A stretch of 63,418 bases of DNA, counting the filler, from Octopus bimaculoides (Eukaryota), in the NCBI RefSeq assembly GCF_001194135.2. It is 10 parts of 10 records of this genome, joined end to end, with 100 filler letters (N's around TTAATTAATTAA, not from the genome) between each part and the next. Parts side by side here need not be neighbours in the genome. Positions count along the whole stretch, not along the records: positions 1 to 15,576 come from NC_068991.1; 9 more parts are not named here. One strand, 5' to 3'. A program made the translations under genes and the position numbers. This document shows positions 1 to 10,428 of the stretch, piece by piece. The notes under the pieces are model-generated. The model was not told where the DNA came from and did no database searches. It was given only the letters and a program-made list of their open reading frames with translations. The first letter of the stretch is position 1. The number at the start of each line of letters is the position of its first letter.

Positions 1-490
1 GTTCGAAGGTCGTGCTTCACCACCTCATCCCAGGTCTTCCTGGGTCTACCTCTTCCACAGGTTCCCTCAACCACTAGGGTGTGGCACTTTTTCACTCAGC
101 TATCCTCATCTATTCTTGCCACGTGACCATACCAGCGCAATCGTCTCTCTTGCACACCACAACTGATGCTTCTTAGGTCCAACTTTTCTCTCAAGGTACT
201 TACACTCTGTTGAGTATGCACACTGACATTACACATCCATCAGAGCATACTGGCTTCATTCCTTGTGAGCTTACGCATATCCTCAACAGTCACAGCCCAT
301 GTTTCACTTCCATGTAGCATGGCTGTTCGTACACATGCGTCATACAGCCTGCTTTTACTCTGAGCGAGAGGCCTTTTGTCACCAGCAAAGTTAGGAGCTC
401 TCTGAACTTTGCCCAGGCTATTCTTATTCTAGCAGCTACACTTTCAGCGCACCCTCTCCGACTACTGACTTGGTCACCTAGATTGCTGTT
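1..490 (-). mobile_element. RTE-clade LINE, reverse transcriptase C-terminal fragment (decayed; runs off the window)
   Basis: Minus strand reads LGDQVSSRRGCAESVAARIRIAWAKFRELL..(frameshift)..RLYDACVRTAMLHGSETW..QERRLRWYGHVAR..GRGRPRKTWDEVVKHDLR, the typical RTE ORF2 C-terminal motifs, with stops and a frameshift. Confidence 0.9.
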
Positions 491-589
491 TTAACTGCTG
501 CCCTTTTCACAACTGGGTGAAGTCGGCCATTTGCTGGGCCATGCACTACATCTGCACATCGTCTTTCGGGAGTAGACAGTGCACTATTT

Positions 590-850
590 TTGCTTCTTTG
601 TTGTCTTTCCTTTTGTCCTCCTCAGGGAAGAGAGTGTTGTCTGGAGCCCATGTGGTTTTGGCAAGCCTTCTGGTGTGCAAAGCAACAGTTTGCTCCATCA
701 TCACTGTACCAGCAGTTTCCTTGCAGGTAGAATTTGCAAATGCTCCTGCTTTTTCCCTTCAATTCCTATATCTTCTTTTGGGGGTCCTCCATTTCATACC
801 AATATTTTTAATTGTTTCTTCTTCCTCTTCTTTGACTCTTCGTTCTTCTT
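590..850 (-). mobile_element. LINE ORF1-like fragment with CCCH-type zinc finger
   Basis: Minus strand about 741-650 reads ICKFYLQGNCWYSDDGANCCFAHQKACQNH, preceded by a K/E/R-rich stretch; resembles the CCCH finger of some invertebrate LINE ORF1 proteins (from memory). Confidence 0.5.
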
Positions 851-1021
851 TACTTTTGACAGCTTTTGTTATGTTGAGTTTGTGTTCATCTTTTCCTCTT
901 TCATCTCTCACATCTATCTATATATATATATATATATAAAACATTTCGACTCTCACACATATATACATAAAACATTTTTGAAGATTTGACTAATAATCCA
1001 AATTAATAATTTGTATTGCTA

Positions 1022-1325
1022 TACTTCAGGATGGTTGTTTTTTTTTGCCAGATTAAAACATGCTTTATTATTGTTCTTATTTTAGTATTTTAGTGTCCTT
1101 TGCTTGACATCTTTCATCACACATCCTGTGATCTCTTCAGTGACTCTATTCTGGCAGAAGAGGAAGAACCATGTGGGATGGTGAGTCGCTGAAGAGGTCA
1201 CAGGATGTGTGATAACAGATTTCAGATAAAGGACACTAAGATAAAGTTGAAATAAAGAACAAATATATAGTGCATACATCTTTTTGGAAAAAAAAGCAAA
1301 AAAACGAAATTGCCATCCTGAAATA
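1022..1325. mobile_element. Palindromic MITE with TA-flanked ends (Tc1/mariner-type)
   Basis: TA|TACTTCAGGATGG ... CCATCCTGAAATA|TA; inner arms cacacatcctgtgatctcttcagtgactc / gagtcgctgaagaggtcacaggatgtgtg and tagtgtccttt / aaaggacacta. Confidence 0.8.
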
Positions 1326-1678
1326 TAACAATATCTGTTTCAATACAAGATTTCACACCGAGAATCTTGCAATATAAAGACTTGTAATAATTTCAATTTT
1401 TTTTTTTTTTTGCAAAGTGATATAACTAACTTTGTATTGTAGTCTTTCATGAATATTTAGTCAATACCTTTGCATATTTAAATATGCTTAGCTTTTGTGT
1501 GGGTGGGAGGGGCAACATAATGCAATTTATAGAATGATCAGTGACCTATAAGAAATATAAAATTGTAACAAACTGCAAACAAATTGAAAGAGAAAATTTA
1601 GCAAAATATTGTTACTGAAGCTAACTTTTAGAAATTTAAAAATATTTTCATAATCTTATATAATAAAACAGAGTTTGT

Positions 1679-1733
<55 letters not shown>

Positions 1734-2280
1734 CATATGTTTCTTATGGATTTGAAAACTGATATATGAGATATCAATAGATTCAGTAATCTTTCAGCTA
1801 CCAAATGGAGTATGTTTTTTGCACAACAACTCTTTCTTACTACAAAAATAACCTCGTAAACGAGGTTGGGTCGCACAATCTTTAGCTAAGGGAGGAAACT
1901 CAGCCTGGACAATTTTTTTGTTTTAGAGAATAATGAGAAAATGTTTAAAATACATGAAATTTTACCAGGTAATGAACCTTCAAAGATGTACTGCCAACTT
2001 TATTAGTATTATTCAGTAGATAATCTTTTAATGGGAAGTATGTTTGTCTGTGTTTTGTTTGACTCAAAGTTGTCTCTGATATAGCAAATCCATTACATAA
2101 TTTTTGTTTGTTTTTTTTTATCTTCCTGAAATACTGCAAATCTGTGCCTTTCTTTTGATGAAAAGGTGTGTTTTAAGAGAGATTTGGCTGCCATTTGTAG
2201 TAGCTCAAGTTACCACAGAGATACCTCTATGTGTGTGTGTGCTTTGTTGTAATGAAATAAAAAAACTTTTTCTCAGAATA

Positions 2281-2331
2281 TTGCTAATTGTTGGAAGTTG
2301 CTAATTGTTGGAAGTTGCTAATTGTTGGAAG
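2281..2331. repeat. 17-bp tandem repeat x3
   Basis: ttgctaattgttggaag repeated three times exactly. Confidence 0.95.
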
Positions 2332-2659
2332 TCAAGTAGACTGATGTGTACACATAGTGTTATCGTATAGAGTGGAAGTTCAATATGAAGTTTTGAACTC
2401 ATTATCTTGTGGTTAGTAATTCATTACCTTAAATTTGAAGCCATTAAGTCTTTAAACATTATTTTGCTGGGTTTAGTCATTCAACTGTCGCCATGATGGA
2501 GTATCACCTTCAAAAATTGAAAAGTTCATACTGACTTCAGTATGTATTTCAAGCTGTCATTTATTTTATAGATCTCTGCTTGATGAATTGCTAGTGTGAC
2601 ACAATACACAATTCAACAACAAATGAAAGCACACGCACACACATATTAGGTGCAAGATT

Positions 2660-2790
2660 GAGTGTGTGGTTGAGAAGTTTGTTTCCCAATGTTCAGTCCC
2701 TCTGCATAGTACCTTGGGCAAGTGTTTCCTACTATAGCCCCAGGCCAACCACAGACTTGTGACTGAATTTGGTAGACAGAAACCGCAGTA
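2660..2790 (+). mobile_element. tRNA-derived SINE (family A) 5' part
   Basis: gtgtgtggttgagaag..gttcagtccc..accttgggcaagtgt..actatagccc..ggtagacagaaac; same block recurs many times in the window. Confidence 0.8.
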
Positions 2791-3451
2791 TTGTTCATCA
2801 GAAAATGACTGACAAACATGTCTATAAAGAAAATTTGCTTGCTTCATACTCCTCTTGCGCCGATTCTGCCCATAAAGAAGGAACAAATAATACAATGTGG
2901 CTGTAGGTCATAACACCTGGGCAACACCGGGGTGCATTGCTAATACAATAATAAGATATGAGGAATGAGACATCATAGAAATAAAAGGTGGTAAACGTGT
3001 TATTGAATGATTTAAAAAAGAGCCATGCAACAAAAATAATAAATGGTTGGTTCAGTGAAGGTAGCAAAATAAGTACAACGTTAGATGCAAGCAACACAAA
3101 AAAAATCATAGAACAGTTTAACCCTTTGAGTCCTGACTTCTTGAACCTTATTTGATCATATACCTGGCTTCCTGATGCACTCCACTGGTAGAGCAGTGCT
3201 ACAACACAGAGAAAAATAAGCCATCCACTGGTAAACCAGTGTTACGGGCTCAAAGGGTCAAAAGACATTTGGTATTAAACAGTAGTTATGCAGAAGGCTA
3301 TATCAATAGGGTTAGTTTTGTATATGTGAAAATAAAATAAAGTTGCCAAGGTTTATTAACTCAAACATTTGAATACAAAAGGATTGTAGTTGTATTAAGT
3401 ATGCAGATTGATTTAGAATATCTTGGTTAGTTTTGCAGAATAAACATTTTT

Positions 3452-4431
3452 GGATCTTCTGATTTGGTGGGCACCACTTTTTATTTATGTTTTATTTAGT
3501 GTGTTTTCTACTGAAACACTTTCAAACTTCGTATACTTGTATATTTTGTGTTATAGCACAGATAAACATTTTTGTATTCGAAGTTATTTCATGTAAAAAA
3601 AATTGTCGTATTTCGGTAATTTCAACCAATCACTGACGTCTATTGAGGTGAAAACAATTACTGATATGGATTGTCAACAAAACGTTGTGCAGTGTAATGG
3701 GATCTTTTCCCTTGAATAAAATTAGTGCCGTTGTTTGTCAACAACAACTATCGGCAGTACTGTTATTTATGACATCNNNNNNNNNNNNNNNNNNNNNNNN
3801 NNNNNNNNNNNNNNNNNNNNNNNNNNNNNNNNNNNNNNNNNNNNNNNNNNNNNNNNNNNNNNNNNNNNNNNNNNNNNNNNNNNNNNNNNNNNNNNNNNNN
3901 NNNNNNNNNNNNNNNNNNNNNNNNNNNNNNNNNNNNNNNNNNNNNNNNNNNNNNNNNNNNNNNNNNNNNNNNNNNNNNNNNNNNNNNNNNNNNNNNNNNN
4001 NNNNNNNNNNNNNNNNNNNNNNNNNNNNNNNNNNNNCTAACCCTAACTCTAAAACCCAAACCCTAACCCTAAAACCCTAAAGCTAAAACCAGTACAAATG
4101 CACGAACGATGTCATAAATAACAGTACCGCCGATAGTTGTTGTTGACAAACAACGGCACTAATTTTATTCAAGGGAAAAGATCCCATTACACCACACAAT
4201 GTTTTGTTGACAATCCATAGCAGTAATTGTTTTCACCTCAATAGACGTCAGTGATTGGTTGAAATTACCGAAATACGACAATTTTTTTACATGAAATAAC
4301 TTTAAAAAGATAAAATTTTCTCAATAACACTAAGAGTAAAAGATGTTTTATATGACACATTCTACCAGTGTCCCAAGTTTGAAAGTGTTTCATTAAGAAA
4401 ACAAGTGGTACCCTCCAAATCAGAAAAATCC
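3452..4431. mobile_element. Large foldback (inverted-repeat) element
   Basis: 3581-3776 is the reverse complement of 4108-4302 with about 6-7 differences; looser outer arms ggatcttctgatttggtgggcaccac / gtggtaccctccaaatcagaaaaatcc; centre is an N gap plus ccctaa-like repeats. Confidence 0.85.
4037..4090. repeat. Degenerate (CCCTAA)n telomere-like repeats inside the foldback loop
   Basis: ctaaccctaactctaaaacccaaaccctaaccctaaaaccctaaagctaaaacc. Confidence 0.7.
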
Positions 4432-4518
4432 ACATTTTTTAGTCTGAATACAAATACTGGTAAGTTTTATAATATATATTGTTCTTTAAAAATTCTCAGT
4501 TTAACAAAATATGTAAAT

Positions 4519-4524
4519 TTTATT
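4519..4524 (-). promoter_or_regulatory. Candidate polyadenylation signal AATAAA of the MS4A-like gene
   Basis: tttatt on plus = AATAAA on minus, about 26 nt after the TAA; the hexamer is common in AT-rich DNA. Confidence 0.3.
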
Positions 4525-4549
4525 TCATTGCATTCACGTCTGGGTATGT

Positions 4550-4624
4550 TTAATGTGCATATTCTGGTGGAACGTATGCCTGGCCGGATTGCATGACAAC
4601 AACATTACGACTAGTTTGTGCAAC
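4550..4624 (-). CDS. MS4A/CD20-like membrane protein, terminal coding exon (VAQTSRNVVVMQSGQAYVPPEYAH*)
   Basis: Acceptor tttatatatttcacag|GTT in phase 0, matching the phase-0 donor at 13161; 24 codons + TAA; ends in a PPxY motif (PPEY). Confidence 0.72.
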   Translation of the reverse strand, partial: VAQTSRNVVVMQSGQAYVPPEYAH

Positions 4625-4739
4625 CTGTGAAATATATAAATTTTTAACTGATTAGATCCCTTTAAGAGTAAAATATTTTTGTTTAGAAGCAACTTTGTTA
4701 CTATTTCTTTCAATAGACATTTAATTACTCTAATTTATT

Positions 4740-5778
4740 CTACTCAAATGCACATTCGTTTGTTAAAGTAATATAAACAATGCAACAGAAAGTGTGAGGA
4801 ATATTAATGCAGTGTATGGAGATGAGAAAATAAGTGTCAACAGTGGTTCCAGAAATTCTGAGCTGGAAACTAGAGCCTAGAAGATGAGCTGTGTCCTGGA
4901 AGATCTGTAGAACTCGATGAAGATGTCCTGCAAACCTGAGGGGAACAAAATCCCATAATAACTGTTGAGGAACTAGCAGAGAAGCTTGGTCATTCAGTTA
5001 TTCATTGACACTTGTGTGCTATCAGAAAAGTTAGCAAATTGTGTCAATGGGTTCCTCACAAACTTTCCGAGTCTAATTGTGTGCAGAGAATGAATGTGTG
5101 CTCTTCTTTGTTGTCACGTCTTACAAATGAACCATTTTTTGACATGATGAGAAATGGGTTCTCTATAAAAATGTCAATAGCTGAAGACAGTGGGAAACAC
5201 TGGCACTTCAGGCTAAAGAAGGTTTTCACCCTCATAGTGTTTTTATCTGTTGATGAGATATGAAAGGTTTAATCTACTTTGAACTTTTAAACCCAAACCA
5301 AATAATAACAAAGGAGATCTACTGCAAGCAGCTTGAGTAGCTTAAGTCAGTGCTAGAAGAAAAATGACCATCTTTGGATTCAAGATGGAAGGTATTCTTC
5401 TATCTGGATAATGCTCGTCTACATACAGCTAAGATGATATTCCAAAGGTTGGAGAAGTTGGAATGGGCAACGATGCTTCACTGATCATATTCGCCAGACA
5501 TTGCCCCATCTAATTATCATTTATTCCGCAGTCTTCAAAATCATTTGTACTGAAAAAATATGAATTCTGTAGATGAGGTCAGAATAGTACGGAAGGAGTA
5601 TTTTTTGTCATGGATAAGTGAAATTTGAAAGAGGTGCCTTGCAAATCTACCAGATAGATGGAAGAGCATTGTAGAATGTGAAGGAGAGTATATATTAGAT
5701 TTAAAATGAACTTGAAATGATTTTGAAAAATAAAAGAAGTATTAAAAAACCAAATTATTTAATGGATGACCCAATATA
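4740..5778 (+). mobile_element. Mariner transposon, decayed transposase with right TIR
   Basis: Motifs WVPHKL, DNARLH, YSPDIAPSNYHLF and LPDRWKSIVECEGEY across stops and frameshifts; right end ttaatggatgacccaata|ta. Confidence 0.92.
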
Positions 5779-6230
5779 TATTGCTTGAGCATTGCGAGAC
5801 CAATATCCCAGGGTAAAAATCAACATACGTATGTTTCAGAACAAAGTGTTGGCTGAGTATAGGGTGGCAATACGAAAGAGAGATGAAAAAGGAATAAATG
5901 AAGTTCCATCTTATGAACTCCATTAGCTTTCAGCTGTTTCTGCCATAAGATGCTGTGGAATCACAGTTGAGTGTCTGAATATGAAGCTCAATAAGTTTGG
6001 AAACAAATTACATTTGTGCCTATATAAGGAACAGCATCAACAATGAAAAAATCAATACAGATGTATATAAGTGTATGCCCAAAATGTAATTAGATGCATT
6101 AGTGGAAAATAAAGGGGTTGTTTAGGCAGTCATCTATGAGTTTACTGCAGCTTATAACAGAAATGCTGTAAGCTAATGAAGTTCATAAAATAATAGTTTA
6201 TTCCTTTGCCATCTTGCTTTCTTATATCTA

Positions 6231-6276
<46 letters not shown>

Positions 6277-6444
6277 CCTATCTATATATATATACATATA
6301 TACATANNNNNNNNNNNNNNNNNNNNNNNNNNNNNNNNNNNNNNNNNNNNNNNNNNNNNNNNNNNNNNNNNNNNNNNNNNNNNNNNNNNNNNNNNNNNNN
6401 NNNNNNNNNNNNNNNNNNNNNNNNNNNNNNNNNNNNNNNNNNNA

Positions 6445-6640
6445 AATATATCATGGCACTCCATTGGTTATGACGACAAGGGTTCCAGTTGATCCAATCA
6501 ACGGAACAACCTGCTCATGAAATTAACATACAAGTGAAATTAATATGCAATCCACAGACATGTGTACCCTTAACATAGTTCTCAGGGAGATTCAGTGTGA
6601 TACAGAGCATGACAAGGCTGGCCCTTTGAAAAATAGATAC
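6445..6640. repeat. Probable interspersed repeat fragment, unclassified
   Basis: Sequence next to a gap and microsatellite (catggcactccattggttatgacgacaagggttccagttgatcc..) and adjoining a SINE head; family not identified. Confidence 0.35.
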
Positions 6641-6699
6641 AACAGAAACAGAAGAAAGAGTGATAGAAAGTTGTGGTGAAAGAGCACAGTAGGGTTAGC

Positions 6700-6829
6700 C
6701 ACTCCACTCTCCTGCCAGAGCCTTAGGTATTTTCACTCAATAAACACTCACAACACCCAATCTGGTAATTGAAACCGCAATCCTATGACCGTGAGTTCAT
6801 TGCCCTAACCACTGGGCCATTGCGCCTCC
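6700..6829 (-). mobile_element. tRNA-derived SINE head
   Basis: Minus strand ggaggcgcaaTGGCCCAGTGGttagggc..gtttcaattacc: A-box and degenerate B-box. Confidence 0.7.
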
Positions 6830-6845
6830 ACACACACATGCATGC

Positions 6846-6881
<36 letters not shown>

Positions 6882-6889
6882 ACACATCA

Positions 6890-7647
6890 TAACACAAATG
6901 GGCTGAGGTTCACTACAGCTGTTTCATATGTGTTTTTTTATTGATAAGCAAATCAATTACATCATGTAAAAAAAAACTGTTTTCTTTAGGTGAATTGAAA
7001 AAATTAAATTTGTCATTTAGGATTTTTCACATTAATAGTATAGGAGGTATATTGATCCTCTCATCTTTCGACCGGCTCCATGATGAGAAAATCAGCATGC
7101 ATGCTACACTATTTTACTCTTTACTCTTTTACTTATTTCAGTCTTTTGACTGTGGCCATGCTGGAGCACCACCTTTAGTCGAGCAAATTGGCCCCAGGAC
7201 TTATTCTTTGGAAGCCTAGTACTTATTCTATCGGTCTCTTTTGCTGAACTGCTAAGTTACGGGGACATAAACACACTAGCATCGGTTGTCAAGTGATGTT
7301 GGGGGGACAAACACAGACACACAAACACACACACACACATACATATATATATATACATATATACGACAGGCTTCTGTCAGCTTCCGTCTACCAAATCCAC
7401 TCACAAGGATTATAGTAGAAGACACTTGCCCAAGATGCCACGCAGTGGGACTGAACCTGGGACCATGTGGTTGGTAAGCAAGTTACTTACCACACAGCCA
7501 CTCCTACGCCTATTTGCATAAAAAAAATCCTAAAAAGTTAAATTTAATTTTTTAAATTCACCTGAAGAAAATGTTTTTTTTTTTACATGATATATAAAAA
7601 AAAACAAGTCTGAAACAGCTGTAGTGAACCTCAGCCCATTTGTGTTA
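6890..7647. mobile_element. Palindromic MITE, TA-flanked, with nested SINE
   Basis: Perfect 37-bp IR taacacaaatgggctgaggttcactacagctgtttca (6890-6926) / tgaaacagctgtagtgaacctcagcccatttgtgtta (7611-7647); looser inner arms 6966-7027 / 7523-7586. Confidence 0.88.
7125..7512 (-). mobile_element. Near full-length tRNA-derived SINE (head A + internal microsatellite + tail B)
   Basis: Minus strand: ggcgtaggagtggctgtgtggtaag..gttcagtcccactgcgtgg head, (TA/TG)n, then cttgacaaccgatgc..aataagtactagg..ggtgctccagcatggccacagtcaaaagactgaaa tail. Confidence 0.9.
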
Positions 7648-7929
7648 TCATTTATACAACACCACACTAGGAACCTTCCCTGCATTGGACTTTGAGCCAA
7701 CAGTGGACAGTGGACTGCATGCTGCAGTATACACTGCTTTGATTTTACATATTCTTTGGGCGTATTAGGTCCAAAGTTGCTGATATATGCATAACGGAGA
7801 AATCCGTATATAATTTAGTAAGTACATGAGTGTCCATGAACACTGTTAATTCACAGGTATACTGTCTTCGATTCTTCCTATGTGCCTTTATTATTAAAAT
7901 ACTTCAATTCTAGTGGATCCTAAAAACAA

Positions 7930-8181
7930 TTATATATATTACAGTTCTATATTTAAGAGATGAGGAATTATGTACATTATTTACATTTGACAGATATTTG
8001 TCATCTTGTTTGTTGTTAACACAACGTTCCAGCTGATATACCCACCAGCCTTCATCAGGCGTCTTGGGGAAATTTTGAACCTGGGTTCTCATTCCTAAGG
8101 TATTTTTTCGATGTTATTATTATTATTATTATTATCATCATCATCATCATCATCATCATCATTATTATTCTCATTATTATT

Positions 8182-8227
<46 letters not shown>

Positions 8228-8365
8228 TCACTGCCTGGAATTGAACTAGGAATCTTGGGGTTAGTAGCCCGCACTTTTAACCACTATGCCATATGTCTGA
8301 AACATGTTAACAACAAACAAGATGAGAACAAATATCTGTCAAATGTAAATAAGGTAAATAATTAT
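7930..8365 (-). mobile_element. tRNA-headed, hammerhead-bearing element bounded by an inverted repeat
   Basis: Minus strand order: inverted copy of the 3' segment (8360-8303), A-box TGGCATAGTGG (8291-8281), B-box GTTCAATTCC (8246-8237), (AAT/GAT)n tract, CTGATGA..GGAAC-GTT core (8058-8023), 3' segment (8020-7965). Confidence 0.7.
8018..8063 (-). ncRNA. Minimal type I hammerhead ribozyme motif (Penelope-type); this copy has a core substitution
   Basis: 5'-GACGC CUGAUGA A GGCUG-GUGGGUAUAU-CAGCU GGAAC GUU/GUGUU-3'. Stem I GACGC:GUGUU, stem II GGCUG:CAGCU, palindromic ACGU stem III, GUU cleavage triplet; GAAA is GGAA here. Confidence 0.65.
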
Positions 8366-8392
8366 ATGTATGTGTGTGTGAGTGTGTATGTA

Positions 8393-9050
8393 TACAGGCT
8401 GTGATGGGTAAATTGTCACCATATTATATTTTTAATTTGTGCATGCGCATTGTTTGCTTTTGATTTTGTTGACTACACAGTATAGTAGGGTCAGTTGGGC
8501 ACCATCTGTGAGAAAACCAACACCATTCTGCCAGAAATTTAGAAGCGACATACTGTATTATTTGGCATATGTGCCAGAAGCTCCTATACAAAGATTTCAG
8601 AGTGTTTGGGTGTCAATCTTAGGTCAGTGCAGTCTGAGGACATGTACCAAGAGTGATAAAAATCAAACATCCAGTCAACATCATGGTTTTTGGAATGATC
8701 ACTAGTGGTTGCGACATTATGCCTCCATTCATCTTCCCGCATGAACTCAGACTCAACACGGAAGCCTACATCAAGTGCCTGGAGGAGGTAGTGCTACCCT
8801 AGGGGAAGAGTGTGGCTGCTGGAAGACTCTATGTCTAGCAACAGGACTATGTGCCATGCCACACAAGCAGGAGAACCCAGTCATGGCTGTTAGACAAATT
8901 CTGCAACCACATCACCCTAACATCTGGCCACCTAACTCACCAGACTGCAACCCCTTGATTTTTATGTGTAGGACACAGTTGAGCAAGAGACCAACAAAAC
9001 TCCTTGTAACACCAAAAATGAACTGAAGGCAGGGGTTATGGCAACTTAAA
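8393..9050 (+). mobile_element. Tc1/maT-like DNA transposon, internally deleted
   Basis: TA|CAGGCTGTGATGGGTAAATTG start; HHPNIWPPNSPDCNPL matches the WPxxSPDLNP transposase motif (about 8912-8960). Confidence 0.75.
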
Positions 9051-9423
9051 CCAGGAGACTGAGTAGAAGAGTTGCAGGAGATTCCGATGTGTTGGCATCG
9101 GGTGGGACAGGATGAAAGAATGAGGGGAGTTTATGTTGTTCAGTTCGAGAGAGAAAGTCAGGGAAAATGTGGTTTAGATGGAGTAGGAAACGTAAGGTGG
9201 AATGTGCCACGGATGGTGAGTAGTAGGAGAAAAAGGTGGAATAAACAAGAGGGAGAAGGCGGTCAAGGGTGTGTATTTTTGAGAGATTAGAACAAATGGG
9301 GGCATGCATAAGGTGGTAGGAAGTGGTGTGGAGTATGGGTAGGATGGCAAAACAGTTTGATTAAAATTCATTGGTACTCTTGAGTTTGAAGCATGATGCT
9401 AGTCATCAGCCATTTTGATACAT

Positions 9424-9790
9424 ATACAGGGTGTGATGGGTAAATTGTGGCCATATATTTTTAATTTCGTGCTTGGGCGTTGGTTGTTTTTGATTTTGTC
9501 AACTACACAATATACTAGGAACAGTTGGGCACCGTCTTTGAGAAAAACAGAACCATGACACAGTTCACTCTGCCAGAAATTTGGAAACAACATGCTGTAC
9601 TACTTGGCATTTGCGCCAGAAGCTCCAATGCAAATATTTCAGAGTATTTAGGTGTCAATCTGAGGATAGTGCAGAGGAGGATAATTCAGAAAGAGTTGGA
9701 TGAATCTAATGGTAATTATGAAGGTAAGGCAGCTCTGAAAGCTCAATCTGATCGTTCTTGCACCATGAAACCACCATCACTAGACTTTGC
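9424..9790 (+). mobile_element. Second, 5' copy of the same Tc1/maT-like family
   Basis: TA|CAGGGTGTGATGGGTAAATTG start; shares sequence with 8393-8650 over about 250 bp. Confidence 0.75.
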
Positions 9791-9900
9791 TAAGAACAGT
9801 GCTACATTTCTCACTTGATGAACTCATACACCATTTGGACTAAACACCCACACTCCATCTTGTAACAACTTCCACTGTCATTTCCCTTTTCCATCAATAT
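9790..9900 (+). mobile_element. Possible Penelope-like GIY-YIG C-terminal remnant
   Basis: acaccatttggactaaac = TPFGLN, like the PLE C-terminal TxxPxGLN motif; very short. Confidence 0.25.
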
Positions 9901-10428
9901 TTTATATTTTTAAGTTAAATTTAATTTCTAAATTTTTCAAATTAATTTTTAAAATTTTAATTTCCTAATTTAATTCAATTTTAAAATTTTTTATCATTAA
10001 TTTATCTCCCATGCACTCCCACACACCCATATACATAACTTATATCCCCCACACACGCTACATATATATTTACCACATCTACATATGTTTCCATATTCTA
10101 GCATGTACAAAAATCTTTTCACCCAATCGACACACATGCACACACACACACACACATGCACACATACACATGCATACGCACACACACACATGTAAATACA
10201 TACATACATACACATATACACACACACCTGTACACACACACCTGTACACACGCACTCACACACCCATACATACACACAAGACCAGTGCGCTCACACAACA
10301 CCTTGCCTATGAACCAGTAATTTTATTACTACTATTAACCTGGTCATTTCACTTTTCAAACAAAGGAAAAAAGTCTAAATTGCGTAATCCTTCAGTATGT
10401 GGTAATTAAAAAAGTAAATAAAAATTAA

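Noticed and set aside
517-989. Plus-strand 140-aa and 136-aa ORFs
   Set aside because: Antisense of LINE fragments plus low-complexity DNA.
2822-2954. Minus-strand acceptor with open frames (NAPRCCPG.. or QCTPVLP..)
   Set aside because: No recognisable product, no good donor, and the MS4A-like CDS already ends at 4550; cannot be excluded as part of another gene.
8225-8295. tRNA genes at the tRNA-like heads (also 6756-6829, 22291-22360)
   Set aside because: A and B boxes are present but there is no complete cloverleaf, and they are fused to SINE bodies.
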